Source: Coraliomargarita sp.
Lineage (GTDB): Bacteria; Verrucomicrobiota; Verrucomicrobiia; Opitutales; Coraliomargaritaceae
DNA length: 64,000 bases
Direction: 5' to 3'
Assembly: GCA_965216325.1 (NCBI GenBank)
Contig: OZ244160.1
Coordinates: forward strand, 1,408,001-1,472,000
A model generated the notes under the pieces. That model searched no databases. It worked only from the letters and a program-made list of their open reading frames with translations, and was not told the origin of the DNA. Made by a program: the position numbers and the translations under genes. Numbering within the stretch: the stretch's first letter is position 1; the number at the start of each line of letters is the position of its first letter. This document shows positions 1 to 12,727 of this stretch, one piece after another.

Positions 1-1301
<1,301 letters not shown>

Positions 1302-1302
<1 letters not shown>

Positions 1303-1574
1303 TACACCTGCTCCTCCTCTGTGTATCCGTGCTTCTTGTCCAAGCGATTCATCAAGACCGCATAGACGATCAGAATCAGCACAAAGCAGATGATCGAGCC
1401 CTGCTGCGCCATCCAGAATCCGAACGGCGCATTTCCAATTGATGGCAGGTTCGCATCCATCCAGTCACGGAGTAGGATAGCACATCCAAAGCTCACAACA
1501 AACCAGACAGCAAGCAGGCTAAGAGTAATTTTTAAACAGGCACGACGGTGCGCGCGCGGGTGGTCAGCGTTCAT
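1302..1574 (-). CDS. DUF4212-type small membrane partner of solute:sodium symporter
   Basis: Two TM helices with [15 protein letters not shown] motif; coupled to the SSS gene. Confidence 0.85.
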
Positions 1575-1718
1575 CAGGTAGCGGGTTTGAGGTAGTATTA
1601 ACGGAACTGTTGCTACCTATTCACCTGCTATGTGCAAGCGCGAAGAAACATAGAAGCGGCATCTTAGCTGCAGAGGGCATTGTCGCACTGCCGTGCCCGC
1701 AGGCCCGCGCCCTCCCCA

Positions 1719-2984
1719 CTAAGGTAAGGCAACTTCGTTCGCCCAGAGCGCGTCCGGATCCTGACGCTTACGAATTAAGTGCGCCTGATTCGACTCATCA
1801 AGCATCACCTCTGCGGCCTCCGGATACGAGTTGTAGTGCTTAGTCGTCATCGCCGAGCAGTATGCACCTGCGCCATCAATCACGCAAAGGTCACCAATCT
1901 CTGCCACCGGCAGCGTGCGCGTTGCCAGCAACTCTGGGTCACCAGGCGCAGGAGTGAGAATATCACCCGACTCACAGCAGTGACCTGCAATCATATAATC
2001 GCAGGTTTCACCCGTTGGCGCGCCCTTAAGAATATGGATCGGATGTTGCGCACCGTAGAGCGAGGGACGCAACACTTCGGTCATCCCAGTGTTGAGCTTC
2101 AAGAATTCGTAGCCCTGCGGCCCCGTGGAAACCTTATCCTGAACGACCGACAAGACCGAACACGCGTTCGCGACGAGATAGGTGCCTGGCTCAATTTCGA
2201 GATGAATTTCACGCCCAGTCTCGGCGGCGAATGCTTCGAACAGCTCCTTGACCGGCGCACCACAGACCTGCAGGTCGGTACCAACCTCTTCCGGCATACG
2301 GGCGACCTTGTAGCCACCGCCCAAGTTCAAGTTCGTGACGTCCGGGAAGTAACGTAACAAGTCCAGGCTCATCTTTGAAGTCTTTTGCCACACGGCAGGA
2401 TCACTGCCCGAACCGATGTGCGTGTGGATGCGGATGACCTTGAGATCATACTGAGCAACCAACTCCTTTACCTCATCAATCCACTCGTGCCAGATACCAA
2501 AGCTCGACGCTGGACCACCAACATTCGTGCGGTTGTTGCCACCGGAACCTGCACCCGGATTGAAGCGCAGACCGATGCGACGCCCAGGGCAGGCCTGACC
2601 AAAACGTTGCAACTGATTAATCGAGCAGGCATTAATCTCAATGCCCGCCTCATACAGCTCAGCAAAATCCTCCGGCAGCTCCTGCGTGCTCAGACTGATT
2701 TTCTCCGGTGCATACCCCGCAGCGATCGCACGACGCACTTCGTAACCAGAGCTCGCGTCGATGTGCAAGCCCGCCTCGTTGAACAGCTTTAGAATCGCAG
2801 CATTCGGCGACGCCTTCATCGCATAACGCGCGGTCAGACCAAACGCATTGGGAAACGCCAATACATCTGCCGCATTCGCTCTGAGGCTGGCCATGTCATA
2901 AACATAGACCGGCGAACCGAACTGATCGGCGATCGAACGTGCTGTGCTGTAGTCGAGAAATCGTGGCTGAGTCGTAGTGGACAT
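1719..2984 (-). CDS. lysA: Diaminopimelate decarboxylase
   Basis: YAMKA PLP lysine, [23 protein letters not shown] motifs. Confidence 0.9.
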   Translation of the reverse strand: MSTTTQPRFLDYSTARSIADQFGSPVYVYDMASLRANAADVLAFPNAFGLTARYAMKASPNAAILKLFNEAGLHIDASSGYEVRRAIAAGYAPEKISLSTQELPEDFAELYEAGIEINACSINQLQRFGQACPGRRIGLRFNPGAGSGGNNRTNVGGPASSFGIWHEWIDEVKELVAQYDLKVIRIHTHIGSGSDPAVWQKTSKMSLDLLRYFPDVTNLNLGGGYKVARMPEEVGTDLQVCGAPVKELFEAFAAETGREIHLEIEPGTYLVANACSVLSVVQDKVSTGPQGYEFLKLNTGMTEVLRPSLYGAQHPIHILKGAPTGETCDYMIAGHCCESGDILTPAPGDPELLATRTLPVAEIGDLCVIDGAGAYCSAMTTKHYNSYPEAAEVMLDESNQAHLIRKRQDPDALWANEVALP

Positions 2985-3078
2985 GGGCGCAAAGAAAGTC
3001 GCCTACCCGCCGCTGGCAAGTGCGGAGTGCTCAAAGAGGGTCTCGCTCAACTCCTATACGAACTCGATTCCTAGCAAA

Positions 3079-3126
3079 CTCCCCTCCTTGACGAGGCGGG
3101 GTGACCGCTTGACGGTCGGGGTGGTG
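3079..3126. repeat. CCCCTCC...GGGG double-hairpin intergenic repeat (family F)
   Basis: CTCCCCTCCTTGACGAGGCGGGGTGACCG..CGGTCGGGGTGGTG; close inverted copy at 39196-39245. Confidence 0.7.
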
Positions 3127-3152
3127 CCGTCAGTTAAGCCCCACCCTCACAG

Positions 3153-3800
3153 TCACTCGACACCTTCACTCTCCGCATACCAACTGGTCACCATATCGCG
3201 AATGGCTTCCTCGGAATCCGCCTCCTTGAAACTCAGCGATGCCGAATTGATGCAGTAGCGCAGGCCAGTCGGCTTGGGGCCATCCGGAAAAACGTGCCCT
3301 TGATGTGAACCACACACCGCACAGTGCACTTCAGTTCGCACCATACCGTAGCTGGTGTCACGATGCTCACCGAGCGTGCGCTCATCCAGCGGGCGTGTAA
3401 AACTCGGCCAACCGGTGCCGGAATCAAACTTGTCGGTGCTGCTAAACAGTGGCACATCACAACCGACGCAGCTATACAGCCCCATCTTCTTGTTGTCGTG
3501 ATAGGGATTGCGAAACGGACGCTCGGTGCCCTGCTCACGCGCGACATGATACTGCAAATCTGTCAGGCGGGCACGCCATTCTGCTTCGCTACGCTTAACA
3601 GGATAATCCCCACTATCGAGGTCAACATGCGATGGCAGAGCACATGCGGAGGCACACTCACTTATATTCAAATTTTCATCTCCAGTCATAGGAATATCGG
3701 TTTTATCAGGCTTAGCCGCTAAAATAACAGAGAATACAACGCCCGCAACCAAGGCGAACGCTATCGGATAAATACGAGGAATTTGAGGGTCAGGATTCAT
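3153..3800 (-). CDS. msrB: Peptide methionine-(R)-sulfoxide reductase with N-terminal membrane/signal segment
   Basis: [35 protein letters not shown]; start placed at ATG 3800. Confidence 0.92.
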   Translation of the reverse strand: MNPDPQIPRIYPIAFALVAGVVFSVILAAKPDKTDIPMTGDENLNISECASACALPSHVDLDSGDYPVKRSEAEWRARLTDLQYHVAREQGTERPFRNPYHDNKKMGLYSCVGCDVPLFSSTDKFDSGTGWPSFTRPLDERTLGEHRDTSYGMVRTEVHCAVCGSHQGHVFPDGPKPTGLRYCINSASLSFKEADSEEAIRDMVTSWYAESEGVE

Positions 3801-3830
3801 GATGTCAGTTCGACACACTCACGGCAGGTT

Positions 3831-4424
3831 CTATTCCCCAGTCCGCTTCCGAAACAGCACGACCTCCTCAGAACCAACCGGACGACTCGGGTAAGTCTGC
3901 TGAGGAACGAAACGCTCCACCACTTCAAAGCTTACACCGAACAATTGCTCGATTGCTTGCTCTGATATAGGGTGCGGCGGCCCGTCGCCCGCATAATCAC
4001 TGACTTCACGATAGAAAATGGCCAGCAGCAGGCCATTCGGCTTCAGCGCAGCGTTGGCAGCCTCGGCATAAGACCTGCGCAGCTCAGGGTCTAGCGCGCA
4101 CAAACAAGTATGCTCGACCAGCCAATCAAACTTCCCAAGTAAACTCTCCGGTAAATTCAGAAAATCGCCACACGCATAGCGTTCACCGCCAACTTGAGGT
4201 CGCTCCGCAGCCAAGCGCACGGCCGCTGGCGCAATATCCAAACCAAGCACGTCAGCCCCCCGCTCCGCTAGCAGACGTACATCGTGGCCACACCCACAAC
4301 CAGGCACGAGCACCGAACCCTTGATTTCGCCACGCGCAAGAAATTCTCTCAACGGCGGTGCAGCCTCCCCCTTATCCCAAGGCGTGTCGTCCATCTCATA
4401 TGCAGCATTCCAGTCTTTAGCCAT
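3831..4424 (-). CDS. Thiopurine S-methyltransferase-like SAM methyltransferase
   Basis: [27 protein letters not shown] motifs; start placed at ATG 4424. Confidence 0.8.
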   Translation of the reverse strand: MAKDWNAAYEMDDTPWDKGEAAPPLREFLARGEIKGSVLVPGCGCGHDVRLLAERGADVLGLDIAPAAVRLAAERPQVGGERYACGDFLNLPESLLGKFDWLVEHTCLCALDPELRRSYAEAANAALKPNGLLLAIFYREVSDYAGDGPPHPISEQAIEQLFGVSFEVVERFVPQQTYPSRPVGSEEVVLFRKRTGE

Positions 4425-4508
4425 GACGCCAAAGTGACTGGCGTGGCACACAACACAAACCGGAATGTCTTTATTGCCGAACAACTCAAAAGCCGTTGCA
4501 ATCGCGCC

Positions 4509-6032
4509 ATGCCCGAGGAATCGCTCACTCGCACCCTACGACAGGAAATCCTGCTTGCACGCCACAATATCTATGAGGTGGGCAAAACCACGCCCTTGCA
4601 ACAGATCGCACTCGACGGCCTGTCGCTATTCGTCAAACGCGAAGACATTTCCCCGATTAACGCCTACAAATGGCGCGGAGCTTACAACCGAATGGCACAT
4701 CTGAGCCAAGAGGAACTCGAACGTGGCGTCGTTACCGCATCCGCAGGCAATCACGCACAAGGCGTGGCCCTCGCAGCCCGCAAGCTGGGCACCCAAGCGA
4801 CCATCTTCATGCCCTTGGCCACACCACGCATGAAACAAGTCGCCGTTAACAAGCATGGTGGGGAGCATGTCGACATTCAACTGATCGGTGACACCTACGA
4901 TGCAGCCAGTGCCGCTGCTCACGCCTGCGCACAAGAACAGGGCAAGACCTACATTCACGCCTATGATGACATGGCAGTCATGGCAGGCCAAGGCACCCTC
5001 GCGGACGAAATTGTCATGTCTGGCAAGGGCCCCTTCGATGTTGCCTTCTTACAAGTTGGTGGAGGTGGACTCGCAGGCGCGACCGCAACCTGGCTCAAAC
5101 TCAATTACCCGGGCATTCACATCATCGGCGTCGAAGGCGAGGGACAGGCCTCAATGATGGCTGCGATTGACGCCGGCCATCCGGTACAACTCGACAAGGT
5201 CGACATCTTCTGCGACGGCACTGCCGTGCGTAAAGTCGGTGACCTGACCTACCAAATTTGCAAGGAAGTGATCGACGAGTGGATGACTGTGTCGAACGAC
5301 GAAGTCTCCGCAGCCGTGCAATTCCTTTGGGAAAAGCTGCGCTGCATCCCTGAACCCTCGGGAGCAATGGGCATCGCCGCAGTCCTGCAGCGCCGCCCCG
5401 AACTGGCAGGCAAGCGCGTGCTGACCGTCGTCTGCGGGGCAAATATGGACTTCGAGCAACTCGCCACAATCTCTCGACGTGCCGCTGTTGGTGCCGCTCG
5501 TCGACGCTACCTGCGCATTGCGATCCCCGAAGTCAGCGGCGCAATGTATCGCCTACTCGAGTCATTACCGGACACCGTGAGCATCGCCGACTTCCAGTAT
5601 GGAAAAACACATGCCAGCGACGCACATCCGGTGATCGGTTTCGATGTCGACCCGATGCAATTCGACGTATTGAAGAAAGCACTACGCGACGGCGACTTTG
5701 AATTCAGCGATGTCACCTCCGATACCGATGTCGCCTTCCGAATGATTAATTATGAAGCCGGCCTAATCAGCCATCCCTACTTCATTACCCTGGAATTTCA
5801 CGAACGCCCCGGCGCACTCGCGGAATTCCTGAGCGCTGTCAGCCCACACTCCAATCTCTGCTATTTCAACTATGTCTATACCGGTGAACGCGTAGGTCGT
5901 GCTCTACTAGGCTTTGAGTTCGATCAACAACAGGACAACACAGCCTTCACTGGAGTCCTCGAATCCGCAAGCCATGCCTATCGCGCCTACGAGCGTGTAT
6001 CCGACGAAGTCATGCAACGCATCATCAGCTAA
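4509..6032 (+). CDS. ilvA: Threonine ammonia-lyase, biosynthetic, with C-terminal regulatory domains
   Basis: [41 protein letters not shown]; start placed at ATG 4509. Confidence 0.9.
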   Translation: MPEESLTRTLRQEILLARHNIYEVGKTTPLQQIALDGLSLFVKREDISPINAYKWRGAYNRMAHLSQEELERGVVTASAGNHAQGVALAARKLGTQATIFMPLATPRMKQVAVNKHGGEHVDIQLIGDTYDAASAAAHACAQEQGKTYIHAYDDMAVMAGQGTLADEIVMSGKGPFDVAFLQVGGGGLAGATATWLKLNYPGIHIIGVEGEGQASMMAAIDAGHPVQLDKVDIFCDGTAVRKVGDLTYQICKEVIDEWMTVSNDEVSAAVQFLWEKLRCIPEPSGAMGIAAVLQRRPELAGKRVLTVVCGANMDFEQLATISRRAAVGAARRRYLRIAIPEVSGAMYRLLESLPDTVSIADFQYGKTHASDAHPVIGFDVDPMQFDVLKKALRDGDFEFSDVTSDTDVAFRMINYEAGLISHPYFITLEFHERPGALAEFLSAVSPHSNLCYFNYVYTGERVGRALLGFEFDQQQDNTAFTGVLESASHAYRAYERVSDEVMQRIIS

Positions 6033-6036
6033 AAAA

Positions 6037-6100
6037 GTAGAAGCGGCATCTTGCCGCTTCAGCCACGATCTAATCCAACGCGGCAAGATGCCGCCTCTAC
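6037..6100. repeat. GTAG-type REP doublet (family B)
   Basis: GTAGAAGCGGCATCTTGCCGCTTC ... GCGGCAAGATGCCGCCTCTAC; singles at 27453-27475, 34313-34335, degenerate near 1651. Confidence 0.8.
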
Positions 6101-6107
6101 TTTTTAA

Positions 6108-7055
6108 ATGGACACATACGAGTTAATCTTCGCAGCGATTCTCCCCATCTTCATCACCATTCTGTGCGGCTATGGTGCGCGTAAGATCGGCTGGCTCGAC
6201 ATCAATGCCGATCGCAGCTTGATGCGAATCGTCGTCAATATCCTCTATCCCTGCCTGATCTTTACCTTTGTGCTGGGCAACGATGCCTTGCGCGAACCGG
6301 GCAACCTCATTCTGCCACCACTCGCCGGACTTTGCACGATTGTTGGTGGTTTCGGGCTCGCAATGGTCGTCGCGCGCAAATTGCAAATCGGCAACCCAAA
6401 GGAATGCCGCACCTTCGCCTTCACTTCGGGCATTTACAATTACGGCTATTTCGCGATCCCCATCATCACGCTTCTGTTTGACCGTGAAACCACCGGTGTA
6501 CTCTTGGTCTTCAACGTCGGCGTCGAAATCGCAATGTGGACACTTGGCGTCGGCTTCATCCTCTCTCCGAGCGACCCGAAGACTATTTGGCGGCGCATCT
6601 TCAGCGGACCGGTCATCGCAATCCTGATCGCCGTCCCGCTCAACTTCATCGGCGCACAAGAGCGCATGCCGCACTTCCTTTACGAAGCCATCAACCTTCT
6701 CGGCCAATGTGCAATCCCAATGGCGCTACTGCTAATCGGTGCAACCTTCGCCGACATCGCCCACAAGGAGACCATCTTTACCCGTATCAAAATTCCCATT
6801 ACAGCATCCGTACTACGCCTAGCAATCATACCCGCGCTGATGCTAGTGTTTGCATGGACGCTCCCCTTCTCCACCGAACTCAAGCGAGTACTTATCGTTC
6901 AGGCTGCCATGCCCTGCGGAGTCTTCCCGATCGTGTTGGCACGCTACTTCGACGGCTCACCGGAAGTCGCCTTCAAAGTCGTGTTTGGCACCACAGTGCT
7001 CAGTTTCATTACCATGCCACTCTGGATCGCCTTCGGCACATCCATCATTGGCTAG
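6108..7055 (+). CDS. AEC (auxin efflux carrier) family transporter
   Basis: About 10 TM helices, NYGYFAIP and QAAMP motifs. Confidence 0.85.
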   Translation: MDTYELIFAAILPIFITILCGYGARKIGWLDINADRSLMRIVVNILYPCLIFTFVLGNDALREPGNLILPPLAGLCTIVGGFGLAMVVARKLQIGNPKECRTFAFTSGIYNYGYFAIPIITLLFDRETTGVLLVFNVGVEIAMWTLGVGFILSPSDPKTIWRRIFSGPVIAILIAVPLNFIGAQERMPHFLYEAINLLGQCAIPMALLLIGATFADIAHKETIFTRIKIPITASVLRLAIIPALMLVFAWTLPFSTELKRVLIVQAAMPCGVFPIVLARYFDGSPEVAFKVVFGTTVLSFITMPLWIAFGTSIIG

Positions 7056-7063
7056 TTCGGCAT

Positions 7064-8107
7064 TTAATCCTTACGCAGACCGGACTCGACTTCATCCTGC
7101 TCGATCGAAGCCTCCCGCTCGCTGAGCTCATCCAAGCGGGCAACCAGAGAATCTTCGACCTCACTGACGTAACGTGAGCGACGCTCCAAATCTTTGGCAG
7201 CCTGTTCGAGCTCCTTGGCGCGCTGGGCAAGACGCTCCGCCTTCTGCCCTTCATCATTAGATGCTGCCAAATCTTTCAACTCTGCCAACTCAAACTTCTG
7301 CCGAGCCACCACATCACGATCACGCCTCTGCTGAGAGCGCAACTCCTCAAGTTCGCGCTCCTTATCCTTCAACTCAGACTCTTTCCGCCTGAGCATACCA
7401 GGATCCTCCCCGCTCAACTCACGCGCTGAAGCACTCGTTTGCTTCGACAAATCTTCACGCAACTGATCCAGCTCCGCCTGCGAGCGCTCAACCGAATTCA
7501 AGCGTTCGACCACTAAATCCTCCGCCTCCTTCAAGGATGCGCTGCGCTGGCTCAATTCCGAACGCTCCTGGTCCAACTGCTCACGTTCCTGCGTTACCGA
7601 CTTCTCGAGTTCCGCTAACTGAGCCTGCCGCTCCTGCATTTGCCGCTGCTCTGATTTCGTCAAACGACGCCCAGTGCCTCTGCGTTGCCGCATTCGGGCG
7701 GTGTTTTGCATAAAATAAGGGACAATAATAGAAGCCCAGAGATGCTGCTCCAATTGGTTCAGGCTTCGAGACTTCCCATCGTCGCCCTCCAGCACTACAT
7801 ACTTTTCATCAACTGCTTTGATTCGGGCGGGGTCATTCAATGCACCAACGATCAAATTCTTCGACGCCAACAGCACCTTTGTCGGCGGCACAATGCTATA
7901 CAATGCGACAAACACGACCGAAACGCCGATCAATAGAAAGGCCAATACAGCCACGAAGAAGCGCTCAAAAAGCATATAAAGCACCAAACTTCCGCCAAAG
8001 GAGAAGACTCCAACTAAGAGCGCGGCGACACTTACACACTTCGCGGAATGCCGCTCGTAAAAGCGATCAACTCGATGAAGCAACTCTGCTTGTGCGGAAG
8101 AGGACAT
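7064..8107 (-). CDS. Hypothetical membrane-anchored coiled-coil protein
   Basis: Two N-terminal TM helices followed by a long E/R/Q/L-rich heptad region. Confidence 0.7.
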   Translation of the reverse strand: MSSSAQAELLHRVDRFYERHSAKCVSVAALLVGVFSFGGSLVLYMLFERFFVAVLAFLLIGVSVVFVALYSIVPPTKVLLASKNLIVGALNDPARIKAVDEKYVVLEGDDGKSRSLNQLEQHLWASIIVPYFMQNTARMRQRRGTGRRLTKSEQRQMQERQAQLAELEKSVTQEREQLDQERSELSQRSASLKEAEDLVVERLNSVERSQAELDQLREDLSKQTSASARELSGEDPGMLRRKESELKDKERELEELRSQQRRDRDVVARQKFELAELKDLAASNDEGQKAERLAQRAKELEQAAKDLERRSRYVSEVEDSLVARLDELSEREASIEQDEVESGLRKD

Positions 8108-8246
8108 TTCAGTCAGTTAGAGGATCGGATGAATCTATAGAGTTAGATAATTCCCTCTAAAACTTCCAGTTTTATTCGCGCTATTTATCCAGCACCCAAA
8201 GCTTTGCATTTGAACCAACTCACAGACTGCATTTCACTCGTAGTCT

Positions 8247-9074
8247 TTGAATTTCATAAAAGCCATGCTTCACACCAGCGCCATCTATTTGCTGATCGGA
8301 ATCGGACTCGCCTACCTTGGGTTGAATGCCTACGCCTACATATTTGCGCATAGCCAGATTTTTCCGAAGATCGAGCCCAGCTACAGCAAAGACTCCAGCA
8401 TTTTCATGCTAGAAAGTGATGATGGGGCACATATCGCGGCCTATTACCTCAAAGCCAGCCCACCAAAGGGAACAGAGCGCCTGCTCATTTATTGCCATGG
8501 CAACGGTGAAGATATCGGACACTGCCGTGAGTGGCTTGAGAGTTTCCAGCATGTTGGCATTTCAGCACTCGCCTATGATTATCCCGGCTATGGCTTGAGC
8601 TCAGGAACCGCATCCGAGCACGGGTGCTTTGCCGCCACTAAAGCCGCCTATCAACATGCCATCGATCAGCTCGGCTATGCTCCCGAGCAAATCATTCTGT
8701 ATGGTCGCTCCCTGGGAGGTGGCCCCGCTTGCTGGCTTGCCGAACACTATCCAGTTGGCTGCATAATTCTGGACGGCACCTTCACCTCGACCTTCCGCAT
8801 TGTCACCAAGCGAAAACTTCTGCTTTGGGATACCTTCGATAATCTCGCTCGACTACCTAAAATCGAGGCTCCGATTTTAGTGCTACACGGCACAATAGAT
8901 CTCACCGTTCCGTTCAGCCATGCCGAACGCAACTATGCCGCGATCCAAAGCCCAAAGGCCAAACTCTGGGTCGAAGATGCAGGGCATAACGATTTAATCA
9001 GCATTGCGGGAAAACGCTACTGGGACACCCTGCTTGGTTTTATAGACACACACATTCACCACCCCAAAAGGTAG
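8247..9074 (+). CDS. Alpha/beta hydrolase (ABHD13/17-like)
   Basis: HGNGED, YDYPGYG, GRSLGG nucleophile elbow, HGTID, GHND; start may be ATG 8265. Confidence 0.85.
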   Translation: MNFIKAMLHTSAIYLLIGIGLAYLGLNAYAYIFAHSQIFPKIEPSYSKDSSIFMLESDDGAHIAAYYLKASPPKGTERLLIYCHGNGEDIGHCREWLESFQHVGISALAYDYPGYGLSSGTASEHGCFAATKAAYQHAIDQLGYAPEQIILYGRSLGGGPACWLAEHYPVGCIILDGTFTSTFRIVTKRKLLLWDTFDNLARLPKIEAPILVLHGTIDLTVPFSHAERNYAAIQSPKAKLWVEDAGHNDLISIAGKRYWDTLLGFIDTHIHHPKR

Positions 9075-9186
9075 GACAGCCACACCGGGACTGCCGTTCG
9101 CCGGTTAAACTCCAAAAATCAATCACTGCATCAGTCAGCAATTTCCATCAAAGCTGTAAGCGGTCGCCTCAGCGAGGTGCCCCACC
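9070..9186. repeat. Degenerate GGTAGG REP doublet (family D)
   Basis: GGTAGGACAGC..CTGCCGTTCGCC ... GCCTCAGCGAGGTGCCCCACC resembles 26105-26223; overlaps the hydrolase stop codon. Confidence 0.55.
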
Positions 9187-9201
9187 CAATCAGCCTAAGG
9201 T

Positions 9202-9753
9202 ATGAAACGCGCCCTAATCATTTTACATCCAGGCTTCGAGGAGATCGAAGCCATCACCCCGATTGACTTGCTGTCTCGCGCAGGAGTCGAAATTACACAG
9301 GCCTATGTGGGCAACAGTGCTCTGGTAGAAGGCCGCAGCGGAATCCACGTGCAGGCACAGCAACCACTGCATGCGGTGCTTCATCAGGATTTTGACGCAG
9401 TCCTCTTACCCGGTGGCCCTGGCATCAATGCCATCCGCAAGCACCCAGACATCTGCTCCCTCCTCAAAAAACAGCATGCAGCAAAGCAGCTAATTGGCTG
9501 CATTTGTGCAGCACCACTCCTACTATTAGACAGCGACCTAATCAGCGGCCTCCGCTATGCCTGCCATCCAGCCGCAGCCCAAGAGCTTCCCAACAGTTCG
9601 ACTCAGGCCTGTGTCGCGGATGGTAACATCATCACCTCGCGTGGCGCAGGCACCGCGACCCAGTTTGCACTATGCTTAGTTGAGGCACTCTGCGATCACG
9701 CGACCGCCAGCGCGATCGCCGAATCTATTTGCTGGGAAACAGGCACACTTTAA
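9202..9753 (+). CDS. DJ-1/YajL/PfpI family deglycase
   Basis: GFEEIE, LPGG, ICAAP, ITSRGAGTA. Confidence 0.88.
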   Translation: MKRALIILHPGFEEIEAITPIDLLSRAGVEITQAYVGNSALVEGRSGIHVQAQQPLHAVLHQDFDAVLLPGGPGINAIRKHPDICSLLKKQHAAKQLIGCICAAPLLLLDSDLISGLRYACHPAAAQELPNSSTQACVADGNIITSRGAGTATQFALCLVEALCDHATASAIAESICWETGTL

Positions 9754-9763
9754 GACTCCAAAC

Positions 9764-11227
9764 ATGCCAAAGAGCCCAGAAGACAGACAACTGAATGCTC
9801 GCGATAAATTACTTCGCGATAGCTTTACTCCTGCAGAGTTGTTGGTGTTTGGAACATTCGTTCTCTGTTCAATAGTCAGCTTTTGGCTAGCAAGTCCACG
9901 CTCCTACTGGGTGCTTGGCATCTTCATCATCGCAGGGGCATTCATACCGGTAGTCTTCAAAACACATGAGCAAACCCATCCCTTCTTTGTAGATCTACTA
10001 TGGCGAAGGGTTTGGCTACTAAGCACACCACTAATCTATGTCATTGCGACCTATTGCATTGGACTCCTGCAATCACCTTTTGATTCCATACTGATCGACG
10101 GACAAAGCCATCAGACCTTAGCCATCATCGATACTTGGCGCCCAACTACTGCTGGATTCAAGCAAACATGGATCGCCCTGCTCGGTTTCTGCGGGATGTA
10201 TTTTGTGACGACTAGTGCATTTATCGTTCCCAAATCCAGAGCCTTCTTTGAACGTACCCTACCCTGGCTTTGCTTTACCGCGGCGTTAGTCTGTACATTT
10301 GGGTTCATTCAGGAATCTATCGGCTTAGAACAAGCCCTATTCACGACAGGAACCGGGCATGATGACTTCTTCGCCTTTTTCCCCTACGACGGCCACTGGG
10401 CGGCCTTTGCACTCCTATGGTGCTACGCATGCCTGGCAATGGCCATGCTGCAAAACCGCTACGAGGACACCCGCAGCTTCGTAGAATCTACGGGCCCCTG
10501 GTATCTCAGTGGTGCTTGCCTCCTCGGTTTTTCCGGCCTGACAGTCGAGGCAAAATGGCCGGCGACGATTCTACTCTTAGGCTTCTGCATCGGCTGCCTC
10601 ATCTTCACTTTGAACATCGTCACTGGCGCAAAAAACAAATACCGCCTAGGCGTCGCAGCGGCAGGGCTTCTGCTAGCCGCTGCCGCCGGTGCGTCCGGGA
10701 TCTCACGACTGCGCAGCGTGAACCCCTATGCAACTGAAGCCGAAAACTTACGCCAAGCGGCATTCGACCTCTTCCTCGACAATCCACTTTTTGGCTGGGG
10801 CATGGATAGCTTCGCAAAACTTGCACCCTACTATACGGACGATCGCTTACTCAACCAACCGCACGAGCGTGCATGTTCCGACGTGTTCCAGGCTCTTGCA
10901 GAGCTTGGCGTCATCGGCACAGCCTTGGTTCCACTCATTTGCGCAGGTCTACTCATCCGCTATATCCTTGGCGGCAAATCGATCCGGCTGACAAATCACC
11001 TGATTCTCGGTTGCCTCGGCCTGGTACTACTCGCGTTTCTCGACAGCCCCTTCATGTCGCCGCCAGTCTTCCTTAGCTTCTTTATACTTTTCTTTAGCGC
11101 ACTACGCTGGGCGGACCTGTCACGCCACAAGGTCGACGAAGTCGACGCCAAGGTCGCGCTTGTCACTCACGAACGCCATCGTCAGGTTCCCTTTACCACC
11201 AATCCTAAGCCCGACAAATTCAAATAG
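9764..11227 (+). CDS. O-antigen ligase (Wzy_C) family membrane protein
   Basis: Polytopic; DNPLFGWGMDSF and H..SDVFQALAELGVIG motifs; start placed at ATG 9764. Confidence 0.7.
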   Translation: MPKSPEDRQLNARDKLLRDSFTPAELLVFGTFVLCSIVSFWLASPRSYWVLGIFIIAGAFIPVVFKTHEQTHPFFVDLLWRRVWLLSTPLIYVIATYCIGLLQSPFDSILIDGQSHQTLAIIDTWRPTTAGFKQTWIALLGFCGMYFVTTSAFIVPKSRAFFERTLPWLCFTAALVCTFGFIQESIGLEQALFTTGTGHDDFFAFFPYDGHWAAFALLWCYACLAMAMLQNRYEDTRSFVESTGPWYLSGACLLGFSGLTVEAKWPATILLLGFCIGCLIFTLNIVTGAKNKYRLGVAAAGLLLAAAAGASGISRLRSVNPYATEAENLRQAAFDLFLDNPLFGWGMDSFAKLAPYYTDDRLLNQPHERACSDVFQALAELGVIGTALVPLICAGLLIRYILGGKSIRLTNHLILGCLGLVLLAFLDSPFMSPPVFLSFFILFFSALRWADLSRHKVDEVDAKVALVTHERHRQVPFTTNPKPDKFK

Positions 11228-11235
11228 CTCAGATC

Positions 11236-12615
11236 ATGACACCAGAACATTTCGACTACATCGTCATCGGCGGCGGCAGCGGCGGCTATGCCGCGGCCCG
11301 CACGGCACGTGAAACGCTCAATCGCGTCGCCATCGTCGACAATGCCCCCGAGCTCGGCGGCCTGTGCATCCTCCGCGGCTGCATGCCCTCCAAGACCTTG
11401 ATCTATTCCGCGGAGGTGCTCCACCTCGCCCAACAGGGTAGCACCTTCGGCCTCAACATTCCCAGCGCATCGGTCGACATGCCGGCACTGCACCAGCGCA
11501 AGCTGGAGATTATCAAGGAATTTGCCGACTACCGCCAGGGCCAGCTGCAGAGCGACCGCTTCACGCTCTTCCGTAACCGTGCGCGCTTCATCAACTCGCG
11601 TACCATCGAGCTCGACAACGGCACACGCTTGACTGCCGACAACTTTATGATCGCCACAGGGTCGGTAGTATCCGAACCCTCGATACCCGGACTGGCAGAT
11701 GTGTCCTACTGGACCAGTGACGACGTACTGGAACTCGATTTTTCTCCCGAAAAGGTCATCGTCCTCGGCGGCGGCATCGTTGCCTGCGAACTAACACAAT
11801 TCCTAAGCCGCACCGGTACCGAAGTCATTCAAGTGCAGCGCAGCCCTCACATTCTCAAGGAGGTTTCGCCTGAGGCAGCAGCAGTCATCGAGCAAAAATT
11901 CCGCGCCGAAGGTGTGCAGCTTTACACCGACACACAATTACTGAGTGTCGAGCAACAAAACGGCAGCTTCACGGTGAAGTTTAAGCAAAACGGCCAAGTC
12001 CACACTATCAGCGCGCCACACTTATTGAATGCCCTGGGCCGCCGCCCGGCAACGAACGGGCTTGGCCTGACTGCCGCAGGCATCAGCACCCTTCCGAGCG
12101 GACACATTAATTGCAACGCCATGCAGCGCACCAGCAATCCGCGCGTCTACGCCTGCGGCGATGTAGCCGGTCCTCACGAGATCGTCCACGTCGCCATCAT
12201 GCAGGGCGAAACCGCCGCCAAACATGCGACCGGACGCCCCGCCGAACGCGTTGACTACGACACTCTGTGCGGCATCGTCTTCACCGATCCGCAAGTCGCC
12301 CACGTTGGCCTCAGTGAAGCTCAGCTCAAAGAGCGCGGCATCGACTATCTGAGCGCCGACTACCCATTCGACGACCACGGCAAATCCATTCTGATGGAAG
12401 CCAAATACGGCTATGTCAAAGTGCTCGCCGACAAAACCGGCACCGTCCTCGGCGCCGAGTGCGTCGGCAAGGATGCAGGTGAACTCATCCACTCAATGGC
12501 CGTCGCGGTGAGCCTCAAGGCCCACGTCCGCGATCTGCTCAAAGTCCACTGGTATCACCCAACCCTGTCCGAGATCTGGACCTACCCGATCGAAGACATC
12601 GCCGACGAGCTTTAA
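11236..12615 (+). CDS. Pyridine nucleotide-disulfide oxidoreductase (dihydrolipoamide dehydrogenase-like)
   Basis: GGGSGG, GGLCILRGCMPSK redox disulfide, HPTLSE; no C-terminal CC pair of MerA. Confidence 0.85.
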   Translation: MTPEHFDYIVIGGGSGGYAAARTARETLNRVAIVDNAPELGGLCILRGCMPSKTLIYSAEVLHLAQQGSTFGLNIPSASVDMPALHQRKLEIIKEFADYRQGQLQSDRFTLFRNRARFINSRTIELDNGTRLTADNFMIATGSVVSEPSIPGLADVSYWTSDDVLELDFSPEKVIVLGGGIVACELTQFLSRTGTEVIQVQRSPHILKEVSPEAAAVIEQKFRAEGVQLYTDTQLLSVEQQNGSFTVKFKQNGQVHTISAPHLLNALGRRPATNGLGLTAAGISTLPSGHINCNAMQRTSNPRVYACGDVAGPHEIVHVAIMQGETAAKHATGRPAERVDYDTLCGIVFTDPQVAHVGLSEAQLKERGIDYLSADYPFDDHGKSILMEAKYGYVKVLADKTGTVLGAECVGKDAGELIHSMAVAVSLKAHVRDLLKVHWYHPTLSEIWTYPIEDIADEL

Positions 12616-12630
12616 GCTGTATAAAAAATA

Positions 12631-12706
12631 GCCCACGAATTACATGAATCATCACAAATACAAACAGTCGCCGTAAGATTCGTGCTCATTCGTGTAATTC
12701 GCGGGC
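12631..12706. repeat. CACGAATTACAC-type inverted repeat (family G)
   Basis: GCCCACGAATTACATGAAT ... ATTCGTGTAATTCGCGGGC; partial copy at 13852-13886. Confidence 0.65.
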
Positions 12707-12727
12707 AGAAATTCAAACCAACTCCCC

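Noticed and set aside
11236..12615. Mercuric reductase MerA
   Set aside because: No C-terminal Cys-Cys pair and no mer genes; HPTLSE fits the lipoamide dehydrogenase-like group.
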